Positions 17,723 to 28,723 of a stretch of 64,000 nt of DNA are shown one piece after another; within the stretch, counting starts at the first letter, position 1; the number at the start of each line of letters is the position of its first letter. Made by a program: the position numbers and the translations under genes. Under the pieces are notes generated by a model that did not search any database, was not told where the DNA came from, and saw only the letters and a program-made list of their open reading frames with translations. The DNA is from Thermoanaerobaculia bacterium (GTDB lineage: Bacteria > Acidobacteriota > Thermoanaerobaculia > UBA5066): positions 352,001-416,000 of the forward strand of contig CAWFJJ010000025.1 of the NCBI GenBank assembly GCA_963816185.1, read 5' to 3'.

Positions 17723-19343
17723 ATGGATGGCGCGTTCGACGCCGACGTCGTAGTCGTCGGCTCCGGGTTCGGCGGGAGCGTGAGCGCGCTGCGTCTCTCG
17801 GAGAAGGGCTATCGCGTCCTCGTCCTCGAGAAGGGCACGCGCTTTGCCGCCTCCGACTTCCCGAAGTCGAACTGGAACGTGAAGCGCTGGCTCTGGCTGC
17901 CGTCCGTGGGCTGCCGCGGCCTCTTCAAGATGACGTTCCTCCCGCACGTCACGGCCCTCTCGGGAGTCGGCGTGGGCGGCGGATCGCTCGTCTACGCGAA
18001 CACGCTCCCCGTCCCGGCCGACGAGTTCTTCTCCGCGCCGTCCTGGGGAGATCTCGCCGACTGGAAGCGCGAGCTCGCTCCTCACTACGCCACCGCCAAG
18101 CGGATGCTGGGCGACTACGCGCGTGCCGTTCACGACGCTGCCCGACGAGGTTCTCCGCGAGGTGGCGAAGGACATCGGCCGCGAGGACGGCTGGTCGCCG
18201 ACGGACGTCGCCGTCTTCTTCGGGGAGCCGGGCGTGACGGTGCCCGATCCCTACTTCGGCGGCGAGGGGCCGGAGCGCGCCGGCTGCACGCGCTGCGGCG
18301 GCTGCATGGTCGGCTGCCGGCACGAGGCCAAGAACACGCTCGACAAGAACTACCTCTGGCTCGCCGAGAAGCGCGGCGCGAAAGTCGAGGCCGACACGGA
18401 GGTCACGTGGGTGCGGCCGCTCGAGGGCGGCGGCTACTCGATCACGGCGCGCACCGGCCGCTCGGCGTTTCCGTTCTTCAGGAGAACGCGGACGATCACC
18501 GCGAAGAGCGTCGTCTTTTCGGGAGGCGTCCTCGGCACGGTGGAGCTCCTTCTCAAGCTGAAGGAGAGCCCCGCCGGCCTTCCGAGGATCTCGGAGAAGC
18601 TCGGCGACTTCGTGCGCACGAACTCGGAAGTCCTCATGGGCGTCGTGACCGAGCGGCGCGACGTGGATCTCTCGGAGGGCATCGCGATCGGCTCGATCCT
18701 GCAGACGGACGCGCACTCGCACCTCGAGCCCGTGCGCTATCCCTCGGGCTCGGGCTTCTTCCGCCCGCTCGCGATGCCGCACGCGCCGGGCGACACCGTG
18801 GGCACGCGTCTCCTGAACGCCGGCGCGATGTTCGTGAAGAAGCCCTGGGCCACGCTCAAGGCGGCGTGCGTGCCGGACTGGGCGAAATACACGATGATCC
18901 TCCTCTACATGCGGACGTCCGAGGGGACGCTGCGCATGAAGCTCGGCCGCGGCATCCGGACTCTCTTCCGGCGCGGTCTCACGACCGGGACCGGCAGCGG
19001 GCCGCAGGCGAAAGCGTGGGTCCCGGAAGCCACCGAGCTCGCGCGCCGCGTGGAGAAGAAGCTCGACGGCTACACGGAGAGCCTCGCGACCGAGACGCTC
19101 CTCGGCATCCCGACGACCGCGCACATCCTCGGCGGCTGCTGCATGGGAGCGTCGGTGGAGAGCGGTGTCATCGACGAAAGCCACCGCGTCTTCGGGTACG
19201 AGGGCCTCTACGTCGTCGACGGCTCGGCCATCTCGGCGAACCCTGGGGTGAACCCCTCTCTCACGATCACGGCGCTCGCCGAGCGTGCGATGAGCCTCAT
19301 CCCGGCCGCGGACGCGCGGACCTCGACGACGCGTGCCGCCTGA
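17723..19343 (+). CDS. Cholesterol-oxidase-like GMC flavoprotein, frameshifted near 18110
   Basis: GSGFGG and GVGGGSLVYAN in frame 1; CxxCGGCMVGC, TAHILGG and NPSLTI in frame 2. Confidence 0.85.
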
Positions 19344-19352
19344 GGCGGCTCG

Positions 19353-21149
19353 CTAACCTTCTTCCTTCCGCTCCTGCCGCTTCAGGCTCCACATGATGAG
19401 GATGAAGCAGACGATCGCGACGTCGAGAAGCTCGAAGCCCGTCCAGAGCTGCCCGAACACGATCTTGCCGATGCCGAAGAGCGCCGTGTAGACGAGGACG
19501 ATGCCGAGAATCCAGTTCACGAACGACATCGCGCCTCCCGGAATCGGCTCGCGCCCGAATCCGAGCCGCCGCGAGACCGTCTCCCACCCGGGCCCGCCCG
19601 GGCGAACGCGCCGGTAGAACGCGTCGAGCGTCGCGTCGGGCACGGGCCTCGTCAGGAACGTGACGAGGACCCACACGACCGTCGTGATCGCGACCGTGAG
19701 AAGCATGACGATCGCCTGGATGCGGAACTCCTCGGCACCGAATCCCGGGTCCGTCCTCGGGAGAGGGTTCTTGATCAGCACGAGGCTCGTCACGGAGACG
19801 ACCATGGACGCGAGCATCGCGGAGATCTCGCTCCACGCGTTGATGCGCCACCAGTACCACCGCAGGATCAGGACGAGGCCCGTGCCGCTTCCGAGCGCGA
19901 GGAGGAACCGCCACGCGCTCTCGATCGTGGAGAGATTCAGCGTCACGACGATGGAGGCGAGAAACAATCCGACCGTCGTCCAGCGCGAGACGGCCACGTA
20001 GTGCTTCTCGCTGGCGCCCTTTCTCAGAAATCTCTTGTAGACGTCCCCAACGAGATACGACGCCCCCCAGTTGAGGTGCGTCCCGACGGTCGACATGTAC
20101 GCCGCCGCGAAGCCTGCGAGCATGAAGCCCTTCCAGCCCGGGGGGAGAAGGTCGACCATGGCCTGCACGTACGCGGCTTCCTTGTCCGGACGGCCGTTCA
20201 CCATCACGCCGCCCGGATAGAGAATCACGGTCGCGAGACCCGTGATGATCCACGGCCACGGGCGGAGCGCGTAATGCCCGACGTTGAAGAACAGCGTCGC
20301 GAGGATGCCGTCGCGCTCGGTCCGTGCCGAGAAGATGCGCTGCGCGATGTAGCCGCCGCCGCCCGGCTCGGCGCCCGGGTACCACGCGGCCCACCACTGC
20401 ACGGCGAGGAACGTGAAGAGCGCGATCGCGGGCATCCAGACGGAGCCCGCGGGCGGGAGGAACGAGATCGCGAGGTCGATCGAGCCGAAGTGCTTCTCGA
20501 GCCCGGTCTTCAGCGCGTCGACGCCGCCGACTTTCCGGACGGCGAACCACGCGAGGAGGATGACGGCCGTCATCTTGATGACGAGCTGCACGAGGTCCGT
20601 CCAGAGGACCGCCCACATGCCCGCGGCCGCCGAATAGCCCACCGTGATGACGAAGCAGAGGCCGACGGCCCAGAGCGGCTGGATGCCGAGCGCGATCTGG
20701 AGGATCTTCACCATCGCGAGCGTCACCCAGCCGAGGATGATGAGGTTGATGGGGAGCGCGAGGTAGAGCGCGCGGAAGCCGCGCAGGAACGTGGCGGGCC
20801 TGCCGCTGTAGCGGATCTCGGCGAACTCCACGTCGGTCATCACCTTCGCGCGCCTCCAGAGCCTCGCGTAGAGGAAAACCGTCAGCGTGCCGCTCATGAC
20901 GAAGTTCCACCAGAGCCAGTTGCCGGCGACGCCGTGCGCGGCGACGAGGCCGGTCACGACGAGCGGCGTGTCCGCGGCGAACGTCGTCGCGATCATCGCG
21001 GCGCCCGCGAGCCACCACGGCACCGCACGGCCGGCGACGAAGTACTGCTCCAGCGACTCGCCGCCCCGCTTCGTGAACGCAATCCCGACGCCGATCGAGA
21101 GAATGAAGTACGCGGCGACGATGCCCCAGTCGAGCGGCGTCAGAGTCAT
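19353..21149 (-). CDS. Sodium:solute symporter (SSS family)
   Basis: YFVAGRAVPWW, ATTFAADTP, AAYMST; many TM segments. Confidence 0.9.
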   Translation of the reverse strand: MTLTPLDWGIVAAYFILSIGVGIAFTKRGGESLEQYFVAGRAVPWWLAGAAMIATTFAADTPLVVTGLVAAHGVAGNWLWWNFVMSGTLTVFLYARLWRRAKVMTDVEFAEIRYSGRPATFLRGFRALYLALPINLIILGWVTLAMVKILQIALGIQPLWAVGLCFVITVGYSAAAGMWAVLWTDLVQLVIKMTAVILLAWFAVRKVGGVDALKTGLEKHFGSIDLAISFLPPAGSVWMPAIALFTFLAVQWWAAWYPGAEPGGGGYIAQRIFSARTERDGILATLFFNVGHYALRPWPWIITGLATVILYPGGVMVNGRPDKEAAYVQAMVDLLPPGWKGFMLAGFAAAYMSTVGTHLNWGASYLVGDVYKRFLRKGASEKHYVAVSRWTTVGLFLASIVVTLNLSTIESAWRFLLALGSGTGLVLILRWYWWRINAWSEISAMLASMVVSVTSLVLIKNPLPRTDPGFGAEEFRIQAIVMLLTVAITTVVWVLVTFLTRPVPDATLDAFYRRVRPGGPGWETVSRRLGFGREPIPGGAMSFVNWILGIVLVYTALFGIGKIVFGQLWTGFELLDVAIVCFILIMWSLKRQERKEEG

Positions 21150-21198
21150 GCGCGGATGTTAAACGCGGCCCGAGGTCCGGCGAGCCGGCGCCGGATAC

Positions 21199-22626
21199 TC
21201 ACTTCTTCGGGACTGCCGTGGTGGCCGGCGCGGGACGCGTGGCCGGTTTCGGCGCCTCGGCCGCCACGTACCCGGGCGGGCGCCTCACGGCGGCGACTGC
21301 CGGGACGGCGATGCTCTTTCTCCCGTTCTTCCCGACGCTTCGCGCCGCGAAGTAATTGTTGTCGGTTGAGATCGAAGAGAGAACAGAAGAAAGAGATTCT
21401 TCGAATGAGGAAGAGGGCGACGGAGGCGTGGGGGCGGCAGGCGGCGCGCCCGAGGTTCCCGTCGCCACTGTCGCGGTGGCCGGGTTCGCCTCGACGGTCT
21501 TGACCACGCTCCAGCGAGCCTCCGTCGTCTCCCGCCACAGAATTTCATATCCCGCGCGCTCGGTATCCTTATCACCTTCTAAGAAAACCACCGCTGACGG
21601 CGTGACGGCGCCTCCCAATGTGACCTTGCGGGGGGGCGCAGGAGCATTTGCCATCTCTTCCAGCGTCTTCTCCGCGACTCTCGCCGTCTCGGCGACGAAG
21701 TCGAAATCCATGAACTTCACGAGGTCGCCGTACTCGACTCCGTTCTCGACGCGCGGGGTCTGGTGCTCGTGGCGGTAATCTTCGAGCGGCTCCGTGAAGC
21801 GCACGGCGGGGAGGCCCGCCTCGACGAACGGCCGGTGGTCTCCGCCTCGCCCGAAGCGGTCGAGCCGGAAGACGAGGCGCACGTTGTCCTTGCCCGCGAC
21901 CTCCTCGACGAGGCGCGCCATCTGCCGGCCCGGCGAGTCGACGCCGTCCGGGCCGCCTTCGGAGAAAACGCGCACGCGCCGGTCGGCGCTGCCGTTCGTG
22001 GCGCCCACGATGTCGCACGTGATCATGCCGCCGACCGTGTAACCCTGCTTCGTGAGCCATTCGAGGAGGCGCTTTCCGCCGAGGAGGCCCTGCTCCTCGC
22101 CCGCGACCGCCGCGAAGACGAGCGTCGCGCGCGTCCTCGTCGGCGCGAGCGCCTGCGCGGCGAGAATCGAGACGGCCGTGCCGGAGGCGTCGTCGTCGGC
22201 GCCGGGCGCGTCCGCCGCCGGATCCATGATGTCCGAGGGCATCGAGTCGTAATGGCCGGAGACGACGAACGCCGTCCTCTCCAGCGCCGGGTCCGTGCCG
22301 GGCAGGATCGCGTAGACGTTTTCCATCGGGACGGGCGCGTTCTTCGTGCGCGGCGCGCTCGTTTCGAATTTGTCGACGACGACCCGCATCCGCTTTCCAG
22401 ACTCGTTTTCGACCGCTTCGAGCTGGCGGACGACCACGTCGCGCCCGCAGCCGATTCCACGCTTCGTGTCGCTCCAGGAGGACAGGGAATGGCGAGTGCC
22501 GCACGCGACAAGCGCTTCGACGATTGCGCGCGCATCGTCGGGAGGCGCGGCCGAGGCGGGCGGCGCGGCGGAGACTCCCGCGAGCAGCGCCAAAACCCTC
22601 AGCCTTCCAAGGCATTTGTTTCGCAT
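21199..22626 (-). CDS. Secreted M28-family metallopeptidase
   Basis: GHYDS, GADDDASG, GEEQGLLG, GGDH. Confidence 0.9.
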   Translation of the reverse strand: MRNKCLGRLRVLALLAGVSAAPPASAAPPDDARAIVEALVACGTRHSLSSWSDTKRGIGCGRDVVVRQLEAVENESGKRMRVVVDKFETSAPRTKNAPVPMENVYAILPGTDPALERTAFVVSGHYDSMPSDIMDPAADAPGADDDASGTAVSILAAQALAPTRTRATLVFAAVAGEEQGLLGGKRLLEWLTKQGYTVGGMITCDIVGATNGSADRRVRVFSEGGPDGVDSPGRQMARLVEEVAGKDNVRLVFRLDRFGRGGDHRPFVEAGLPAVRFTEPLEDYRHEHQTPRVENGVEYGDLVKFMDFDFVAETARVAEKTLEEMANAPAPPRKVTLGGAVTPSAVVFLEGDKDTERAGYEILWRETTEARWSVVKTVEANPATATVATGTSGAPPAAPTPPSPSSSFEESLSSVLSSISTDNNYFAARSVGKNGRKSIAVPAVAAVRRPPGYVAAEAPKPATRPAPATTAVPKK

Positions 22627-22638
22627 ACTTGGGACGCG

Positions 22639-25600
22639 ATGCTACGACACTCGTCCACTCTTCCGGCCGTCCTCGCCCTCCTTCTGCTCCCGGTCCGATC
22701 GGAGGCCGTCCAGCCGGTCGGCCAGAACGTGCGCGTGAACGACCCGGCGACGGACGTCCTCGGCCACACGCAGAGCGAGAGCTCGATCGCCGCCCGGGGC
22801 GCAAACATCATCGTGGGGTTTCAGGATGCGAACGAGGAGAACATCTCGGCCTACGGCATCTCGACCGACGGGGGGAGCACGTTTCGGCAGCAGAACCTTC
22901 CGTTTGCGGGGCAGAACCTCGGCGACCCGGTGGTCGCCTTCGGTCCGAACGGCGAGATTTACTACTCCACGGTCGCGCTCGGGGGCAGCGGCCTGAGCGT
23001 CGTCGCTCTGTGCGCCTCGACGGACAATGCCGCGACCTGGAGCTGCGGCGAAGCGAGCGGCGGAGTCGCGAACGTCTACGACACTCAGGACAAGAGCTGG
23101 ATGGCGGTCGACACGTCGACCTCGAAGTATCGGGGGACGGTCTACGTGGTCTGGAGGGACCTGTCGTCGTTCTACGGCGGGTCGTTCATCCTCTTCACGT
23201 ACACGAAGGACGGCGGCCAGACGTACTCCGTTCCCAAGCCGCTCTCGGCGATCGACGGCAGCGCCGTCGTGCAGGATGTGACCGTCTCCGTCGGCCCGAG
23301 CGGCGAAGTCTGGGTCGCGTATTTCGACCGCCACTTCGGCGGCCCCGGCATTACCGTGGCGAAATCGGTCGACGGCGGGACTTCCTTCTCGACGCCCGTG
23401 TCGGCGGCGCTCGTCTCGCCGCTTTCGGGGACGCTGACCGGCGGCAACGGCGTCGCGGTCGCGACCTTTCCGGCAACTGCGGTCGACAAGAACGACACGT
23501 TCCATCTCGTCTATGCGGCCGTCCCGCCGGGGCAGGCGCTCGACCGGTCGGACATCTTCTACGTTCGCTCGACGGACGGAGGCCTGACGTTCAGCACGCC
23601 GGTGCGCCTGAACGACGACGCGACCCATACGAGCCAGTGGCTTCCCGCGATCACCGCAGCCGCGGACGGGACGGTCGCCGTGAAGTGGTGGGACCGGCGC
23701 AACGACCCCGTGAACGACAGCCTCACGGACGTCTACATGACGACCTCGACGGACGGTGGCAAGACGTGGGGAACGAACATACGCGTGACGGACCACAACT
23801 GGGTGTTCGGCCCGAGCACGCTCGGCAGCTATCACGGCGGGCACGACGGCCTCGCGGCCGACTCCGGGAACCTCCACTTGTCGTGGAGCGACGAGCGCGG
23901 CAGCGACCCTGACGTCTATTACGCGACCTTCCCGACGAACGTCACGGCGGGCCCGGACTTCAATGTGTCGGCGGTCCAGACGTATGCGGTCGTTCGTGCC
24001 GGTGAATCGGCCTCGTACGACCTCGCCACGACAGCCGCAAACGGCTTCTCCGGAACGCTCGCCCTCTCCGCCTCACCGGCGGTCTCGGGCCTGACGTACT
24101 CGTTTTCGAGCCCGAGCGTGTCCGCCGGCCAGCCGTCGCGCCTCACGGTGTCGTCGACGGCCGCGGCGCCGCCGGGCACGTATCTGATTTCCGTGACGGC
24201 CGAGGGGCCGACGTCGACTCGCAAGACGAACGTGCGTTTCAACGTGGACGCGGCCGCGCGAATCGCGGCCCTCCCGATGAACGTGAGCCGCTCGGCCGGC
24301 TTCACGAGCGTGGCCGGGCCGCCCCGCGTCGACTCCAACGGCACGCTCCACGTCGTCTACGACGACGACACGCAGAACGTGACGGGCTCGGACGTCCTCT
24401 ATCGGCGGTCGACGGACCGGGGCCTCACCTGGTCGGCGCCGCTGAAAGTCTCCCCGAATGCGGCCATGGCGACGGGCGGCGTCCTCGCTCTCGACACGGC
24501 CGGGAACCCGTACGTCGCCTACACCCTTCTGAACGGATCGACCGGTGAGGTCTGGGTGACGCGCTCGAAGGACGGGGGGAGTTCCTTCCAGCCGCCCGTG
24601 CGGGTCAGCCCGGCCGGGTGGTACTCCGACCTCTCGGCGATCGCGGTCGACGCGACGGGTAACGTCGTAGTGGCATTCATCGACCAGGATCCGTCGAACA
24701 GTCTCCTCGTCCTCAACGCCGTGCGTTCCACCGACGGCGGCGCGACATTCGGAGCAGTTCAGTCCTTTGCCGGGGAGAACGACATCAACCCGCTCCAGCC
24801 GCTCTCGCTCGCCTTCGACTCGAAGGGCATCGCCTATCTGGCCTGGAGCGCCACGACGGCTCCGTTCGCGTGCCGCATGGCGATCGCGAAGGACGGCAAG
24901 ACGTTCTCCGTGAAGAAGACCGTCTCCGATCCGAGCCTGGATGCCTTCGAGCCCCGGATCGCCGTGGACAAGAGCGACGCGGTCTATGTCACGTTCTACG
25001 ACCGTTACCCGAACGCAGACCTGTCGTTCAACCGTGAGGTCATGGTGACCAAGTCCACGGACGGCGGAACGACCTTCTCGACTCCGCTCAACGTCTCGAA
25101 CGACGCAGGTCAGAGTACGGCCCCTTCCGTCTTGCCGGACGGGCGCGGCGGCGTCTCGGTCGTCTGGGAGGACACCACCGGGAACGACCAGAGCGACATC
25201 TTCTACGCGCACTCCACCGACGGCGGGAAGACCTTCGGCGCGGGTGTGAACCTCTCGGCGAATCCCGGCGTCTCGACCGGCGCCGTTGGCGCTGTCGATG
25301 CGCTCGGAAACGTCTTCGTGATGTGGACCGACGACTCGTCCGCGAACACGGAGGTCCTCTCGGCATGGGCGCCGACGGGCGACTCCGCCCCGACTTCGGC
25401 GATCGGTCCGCTGCCGGGCGGAGGAACCGTGGACGCGGGCACGGCGATCCCCTTCGCCGCAAACGTCACCGAGCTGGATCCGAATGATCCGGTGACCGTG
25501 ACCTGGGACTTCGGCGACGGCACGACGGGAGCCGGCACGCCCGCCAGTCACGCGTACGCCCGGCCGGGCACGTACGTCGTGACGCTGCGGGTGCGCGACA

Positions 25601-27072
25601 GCCTCGGCTTCCTTTCGACGACGACCGTGACCGTCACGGTGACGGCGCCTTCCTTCTCGGGGGGGACGCTCTTGCTCCTGCCGGTCGTCCTCGACACGCC
25701 CGGCGCCGGGGGCGCCCACTACACGACGGAGCTGACGCTCGGCTCGAAGGCCGCGACTCCCGTCAACGTCGTCCTCCAATACACGGCGTCGGTCGGCTCG
25801 GGCAGCGGCTACGCGGCCGCGGCGCTCGCGGCGGGACAGCAGATCATCATTCCGGACGCCATCGCCTTCCTGCGCGCGCGGGGCCTCCCGATCCCGAACG
25901 ACGGAAGCGCGCAGATCGGGACCCTGAGCGCGTTCTTCGGAGGCGTCTCCACGCCCTCCGCCGTCTTCATCGGCGGGCGCACCTCCACACCTGGGGCGGG
26001 CGGCACGTTCGGGCTCTTCTACACGGGCACGGCCACCTCGACCACGACAGCTACGGTCTTCGGCCTGCAGCAGAACGCCGCACAGCGCAGCAACCTCGCC
26101 TTCGTCAACGCGGGGCCGGATCCGATCACGCTTCGCGTCGCGCTCGAAGGCCCGAACGGCGAGGCCCTGTCGGGCCCGGCCGACCAGACGCTTGCCGGGT
26201 GGGGCTGGGCGCAGCTCAACCAGCCGCTTCTCGGCCAGGCGAATTCGGGCCGGGCGATCGCCACGAAGATCTCGGGAAGCTCGCCGTTCGCGGTCTATGG
26301 GGTCCTCAACGACGCCGTCACGTCGGACGGATCGTTCGTTCCGGCAATCGTGCCCGGCGACGCGACCGGAGCCGATCGGCTCATCCCGATCATCCTCTCG
26401 GCCGCGGGCTACCAGAGCGAGCTGACGCTGACGAACTTCACGTCGCAACCCATGGCGATCACCCTCGCCTACACCGGCTCGCCGCAGCTCTCTGCGTCCG
26501 GTTCCGGCGCCGTACCCCTCACGCTCCAGCCTGGCGAACAAAAGATCCTGCCTGACTCGATGACCTTTCTAAGAAATCTTGGTCTTCCGATTCCCTCTTC
26601 CGGCAACGTCGGCGGCGCGTTGCTCGTCCATGCGCCCGCGGGCACGCCCGCCTCGTCGCTTGCGGCCGGCGCCCGCACCTTCACGAACGCCGCCGGCGGC
26701 GGCACTTTCGGCCTCTTCTATCCCGGCCTGACGCTGGGCGAGAGCGCGACGGCGCTCGCGTACGTCAACGGACTGCAGCAGAACGGCGTCCAGCGCTCGA
26801 ACCTCGCGGTCGTCAACCGCGGCGACGCGGGCGATGCAATCACGCTGAAGGTCACGTATTACGGTCCGGACGGCAGCGTGCTCCCGAATCCGGATACGGC
26901 GGCGCTCGCGCCGGGGGAGTGGAGACAGTTCAACGGGCCTCTCGCCTCGCGCGGCGCGACGGCCGGCTTCGCGAAAGTCGAGCGGCTCTCCGGCTCGTCC
27001 CTCTGGGTCGCGTACGGAGTCCTCAACGACCAGCACAACTCCGACGGCAGCTACATCCCGATGAGCCGGTGA
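22639..27072 (+). CDS. Large secreted protein: Asp-box (BNR) propellers, PKD domain, two tandem C-terminal domains
   Basis: Signal peptide at 22639; many SxDGGxTF/W repeats; WDFGDG PKD motif. Confidence 0.85.
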   Translation: MLRHSSTLPAVLALLLLPVRSEAVQPVGQNVRVNDPATDVLGHTQSESSIAARGANIIVGFQDANEENISAYGISTDGGSTFRQQNLPFAGQNLGDPVVAFGPNGEIYYSTVALGGSGLSVVALCASTDNAATWSCGEASGGVANVYDTQDKSWMAVDTSTSKYRGTVYVVWRDLSSFYGGSFILFTYTKDGGQTYSVPKPLSAIDGSAVVQDVTVSVGPSGEVWVAYFDRHFGGPGITVAKSVDGGTSFSTPVSAALVSPLSGTLTGGNGVAVATFPATAVDKNDTFHLVYAAVPPGQALDRSDIFYVRSTDGGLTFSTPVRLNDDATHTSQWLPAITAAADGTVAVKWWDRRNDPVNDSLTDVYMTTSTDGGKTWGTNIRVTDHNWVFGPSTLGSYHGGHDGLAADSGNLHLSWSDERGSDPDVYYATFPTNVTAGPDFNVSAVQTYAVVRAGESASYDLATTAANGFSGTLALSASPAVSGLTYSFSSPSVSAGQPSRLTVSSTAAAPPGTYLISVTAEGPTSTRKTNVRFNVDAAARIAALPMNVSRSAGFTSVAGPPRVDSNGTLHVVYDDDTQNVTGSDVLYRRSTDRGLTWSAPLKVSPNAAMATGGVLALDTAGNPYVAYTLLNGSTGEVWVTRSKDGGSSFQPPVRVSPAGWYSDLSAIAVDATGNVVVAFIDQDPSNSLLVLNAVRSTDGGATFGAVQSFAGENDINPLQPLSLAFDSKGIAYLAWSATTAPFACRMAIAKDGKTFSVKKTVSDPSLDAFEPRIAVDKSDAVYVTFYDRYPNADLSFNREVMVTKSTDGGTTFSTPLNVSNDAGQSTAPSVLPDGRGGVSVVWEDTTGNDQSDIFYAHSTDGGKTFGAGVNLSANPGVSTGAVGAVDALGNVFVMWTDDSSANTEVLSAWAPTGDSAPTSAIGPLPGGGTVDAGTAIPFAANVTELDPNDPVTVTWDFGDGTTGAGTPASHAYARPGTYVVTLRVRDSLGFLSTTTVTVTVTAPSFSGGTLLLLPVVLDTPGAGGAHYTTELTLGSKAATPVNVVLQYTASVGSGSGYAAAALAAGQQIIIPDAIAFLRARGLPIPNDGSAQIGTLSAFFGGVSTPSAVFIGGRTSTPGAGGTFGLFYTGTATSTTTATVFGLQQNAAQRSNLAFVNAGPDPITLRVALEGPNGEALSGPADQTLAGWGWAQLNQPLLGQANSGRAIATKISGSSPFAVYGVLNDAVTSDGSFVPAIVPGDATGADRLIPIILSAAGYQSELTLTNFTSQPMAITLAYTGSPQLSASGSGAVPLTLQPGEQKILPDSMTFLRNLGLPIPSSGNVGGALLVHAPAGTPASSLAAGARTFTNAAGGGTFGLFYPGLTLGESATALAYVNGLQQNGVQRSNLAVVNRGDAGDAITLKVTYYGPDGSVLPNPDTAALAPGEWRQFNGPLASRGATAGFAKVERLSGSSLWVAYGVLNDQHNSDGSYIPMSR

Positions 27073-27138
27073 CGGTTCCGAGGGACCCGCTCACGTTCGC
27101 AGGCGCGTGGCGGATTCCCTTTCGTATGATGGGCGTCC

Positions 27139-27807
27139 ATGTCGTACGTCGAGAAGAACCTCGCCCCGGGAGAGGATCTCCTGCTGAGGGCGCGGTATCA
27201 CTGGGTGAGGTTCGTTCCGGGCGCGTCGGTCGCCGCCCTCGGCGCGGCTCTCGCGGCGGCGAGCGTCTTCTTCGTTCCGGCCGGGGCGGAAGGGACGGAC
27301 TCCCCGCTCAGGACCGCGCTTTTCGTCGTCGCCGCCGTCCTCTTCATCGCCGGCGGCGTCGCCATGGCCTGGCGCGCCCTCGTCGATTCCTTCGATGAGT
27401 TCGCCATCACGTCGTTTCGGGTCATCAAGAAGAGCGGGTTCGTCACGCGGACCGTGCGCCAGATTCCGCTCGAGAAGATTCAGGACGTGAACGTGCGGTC
27501 GACGCTCGGGGGCCGCTGGCTCTCCTACGGCGACGTGGAGCTGCAGACCGCCGGGAGCGACAGCACCGTCGTCTTTCCGCGCATCCTCCACCCGGAAGAG
27601 TTCCGCAACGTGCTGTTCACGCACACGCGCCCGCAAGGCGCCGGAACCGACGGGCTCGGCGGGCGCGTCCCAAGTTCGCCGTCCGCGCAGCCCTCGCGCG
27701 CCTCGGTCGAGGAGCGGCTCAAGGAGGCGGAGCGGCTCTACAAGACGGGAGTCCTTTCCGAGGCGGAGTACCAGGTGAAGCGCCAGGCTCTGATCAAGGA
27801 GCTGTGA
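27139..27807 (+). CDS. Bacterial PH-domain membrane protein with C-terminal SHOCT
   Basis: Two TM segments; KSGFVTR..IPLEKIQDV; LYKTGVLSEAEYQVKR. Confidence 0.8.
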   Translation: MSYVEKNLAPGEDLLLRARYHWVRFVPGASVAALGAALAAASVFFVPAGAEGTDSPLRTALFVVAAVLFIAGGVAMAWRALVDSFDEFAITSFRVIKKSGFVTRTVRQIPLEKIQDVNVRSTLGGRWLSYGDVELQTAGSDSTVVFPRILHPEEFRNVLFTHTRPQGAGTDGLGGRVPSSPSAQPSRASVEERLKEAERLYKTGVLSEAEYQVKRQALIKEL

Positions 27808-27843
27808 GGGCGCTAAGATCCGCGCCTGGGAGAAGATGCGGCC

Positions 27844-28689
27844 GTGACGCGCTACGCCCCCGCCCCGCCGAAGCCGATCGCCGCGGGCGCCGGCGAGCTC
27901 GTCCCCCTCGACCCCGACCATCCCGGCTTCCGCGACGCGGTCTACCGCGCGCGCCGAAACGAGATCGCCCGCATGGCGCTCGCGTACCGAGAGGGCGATC
28001 CGCTGCCGCGCGTCGCGTACACGCCCGAAGAAGAAGAGGTCTGGCGCGCGGTGTGGGAGAAGCTCGGGCCGCTGCACGAGCGCCTCGCGGCGGCCCCGTG
28101 GAGGGAGAGCGCCGACGCGCTTTCCCTCGATCGCACGAATGTGCCGCAGCTCGCGGATGTGAGCGAGACGCTGCGGGCGGGCTCCGGCTTCCGGATGATT
28201 CCCGTGGCGGGGCTCATCTCGGGGCGCGGGTTTCTCGGCGCGATGGCCGAGAACGTGTTTCTTGCGACGCAGTACGTGAGACACCACAGCGTACCCCTCT
28301 ACACCCCCGAGCCGGACGTCGTGCACGAGCTCGTGGGCCACGCCGCCGGCCTCTTCCACCCGGACATCGTCCGGCTCTCGCGCCTCTTCGGCGAAGCCGC
28401 GCGCCGCGCCGGCGAGGCCACGATGAAGCGCCTCGAACTCGCGTACTGGTACACAGTGGAGTTCGGCGTCATCGAGGAAAAGGGGAAGCTCAAGGCATGG
28501 GGCGCGGGGCTCCTGTCTTCGTTCGGCGAGCTGGGCGACCTCCAGAGGCATCCGAATCTCGTCCCGTTGGACCTCGAGGTCGCGTCGCGCACGCCTTACG
28601 ACCCGACGCAGTATCAGAAGACGCTTTTCGTGTCTCCGTCGTGGGACCGCATGGTCGCCGACGTGTCGGACTGGTTGAAGACGATCTGA
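27844..28689 (+). CDS. phhA: Phenylalanine 4-monooxygenase (aromatic amino acid hydroxylase)
   Basis: YTPEPDVVHELVGH, YWYTVEFG, GAGLLSS. Confidence 0.88.
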   Translation: MTRYAPAPPKPIAAGAGELVPLDPDHPGFRDAVYRARRNEIARMALAYREGDPLPRVAYTPEEEEVWRAVWEKLGPLHERLAAAPWRESADALSLDRTNVPQLADVSETLRAGSGFRMIPVAGLISGRGFLGAMAENVFLATQYVRHHSVPLYTPEPDVVHELVGHAAGLFHPDIVRLSRLFGEAARRAGEATMKRLELAYWYTVEFGVIEEKGKLKAWGAGLLSSFGELGDLQRHPNLVPLDLEVASRTPYDPTQYQKTLFVSPSWDRMVADVSDWLKTI

Positions 28690-28723
28690 GGCGCCCGCTT
28701 CGCCTCCCCTAAACTCCGGGGCC

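Noticed and set aside
21763-22638. N-terminal extension of the 1769-aa ORF (also the extensions of 9773-11815, 13591-15987 and 34755-37574)
   Set aside because: They overlap real genes; signal peptides or family N-termini fix later starts.
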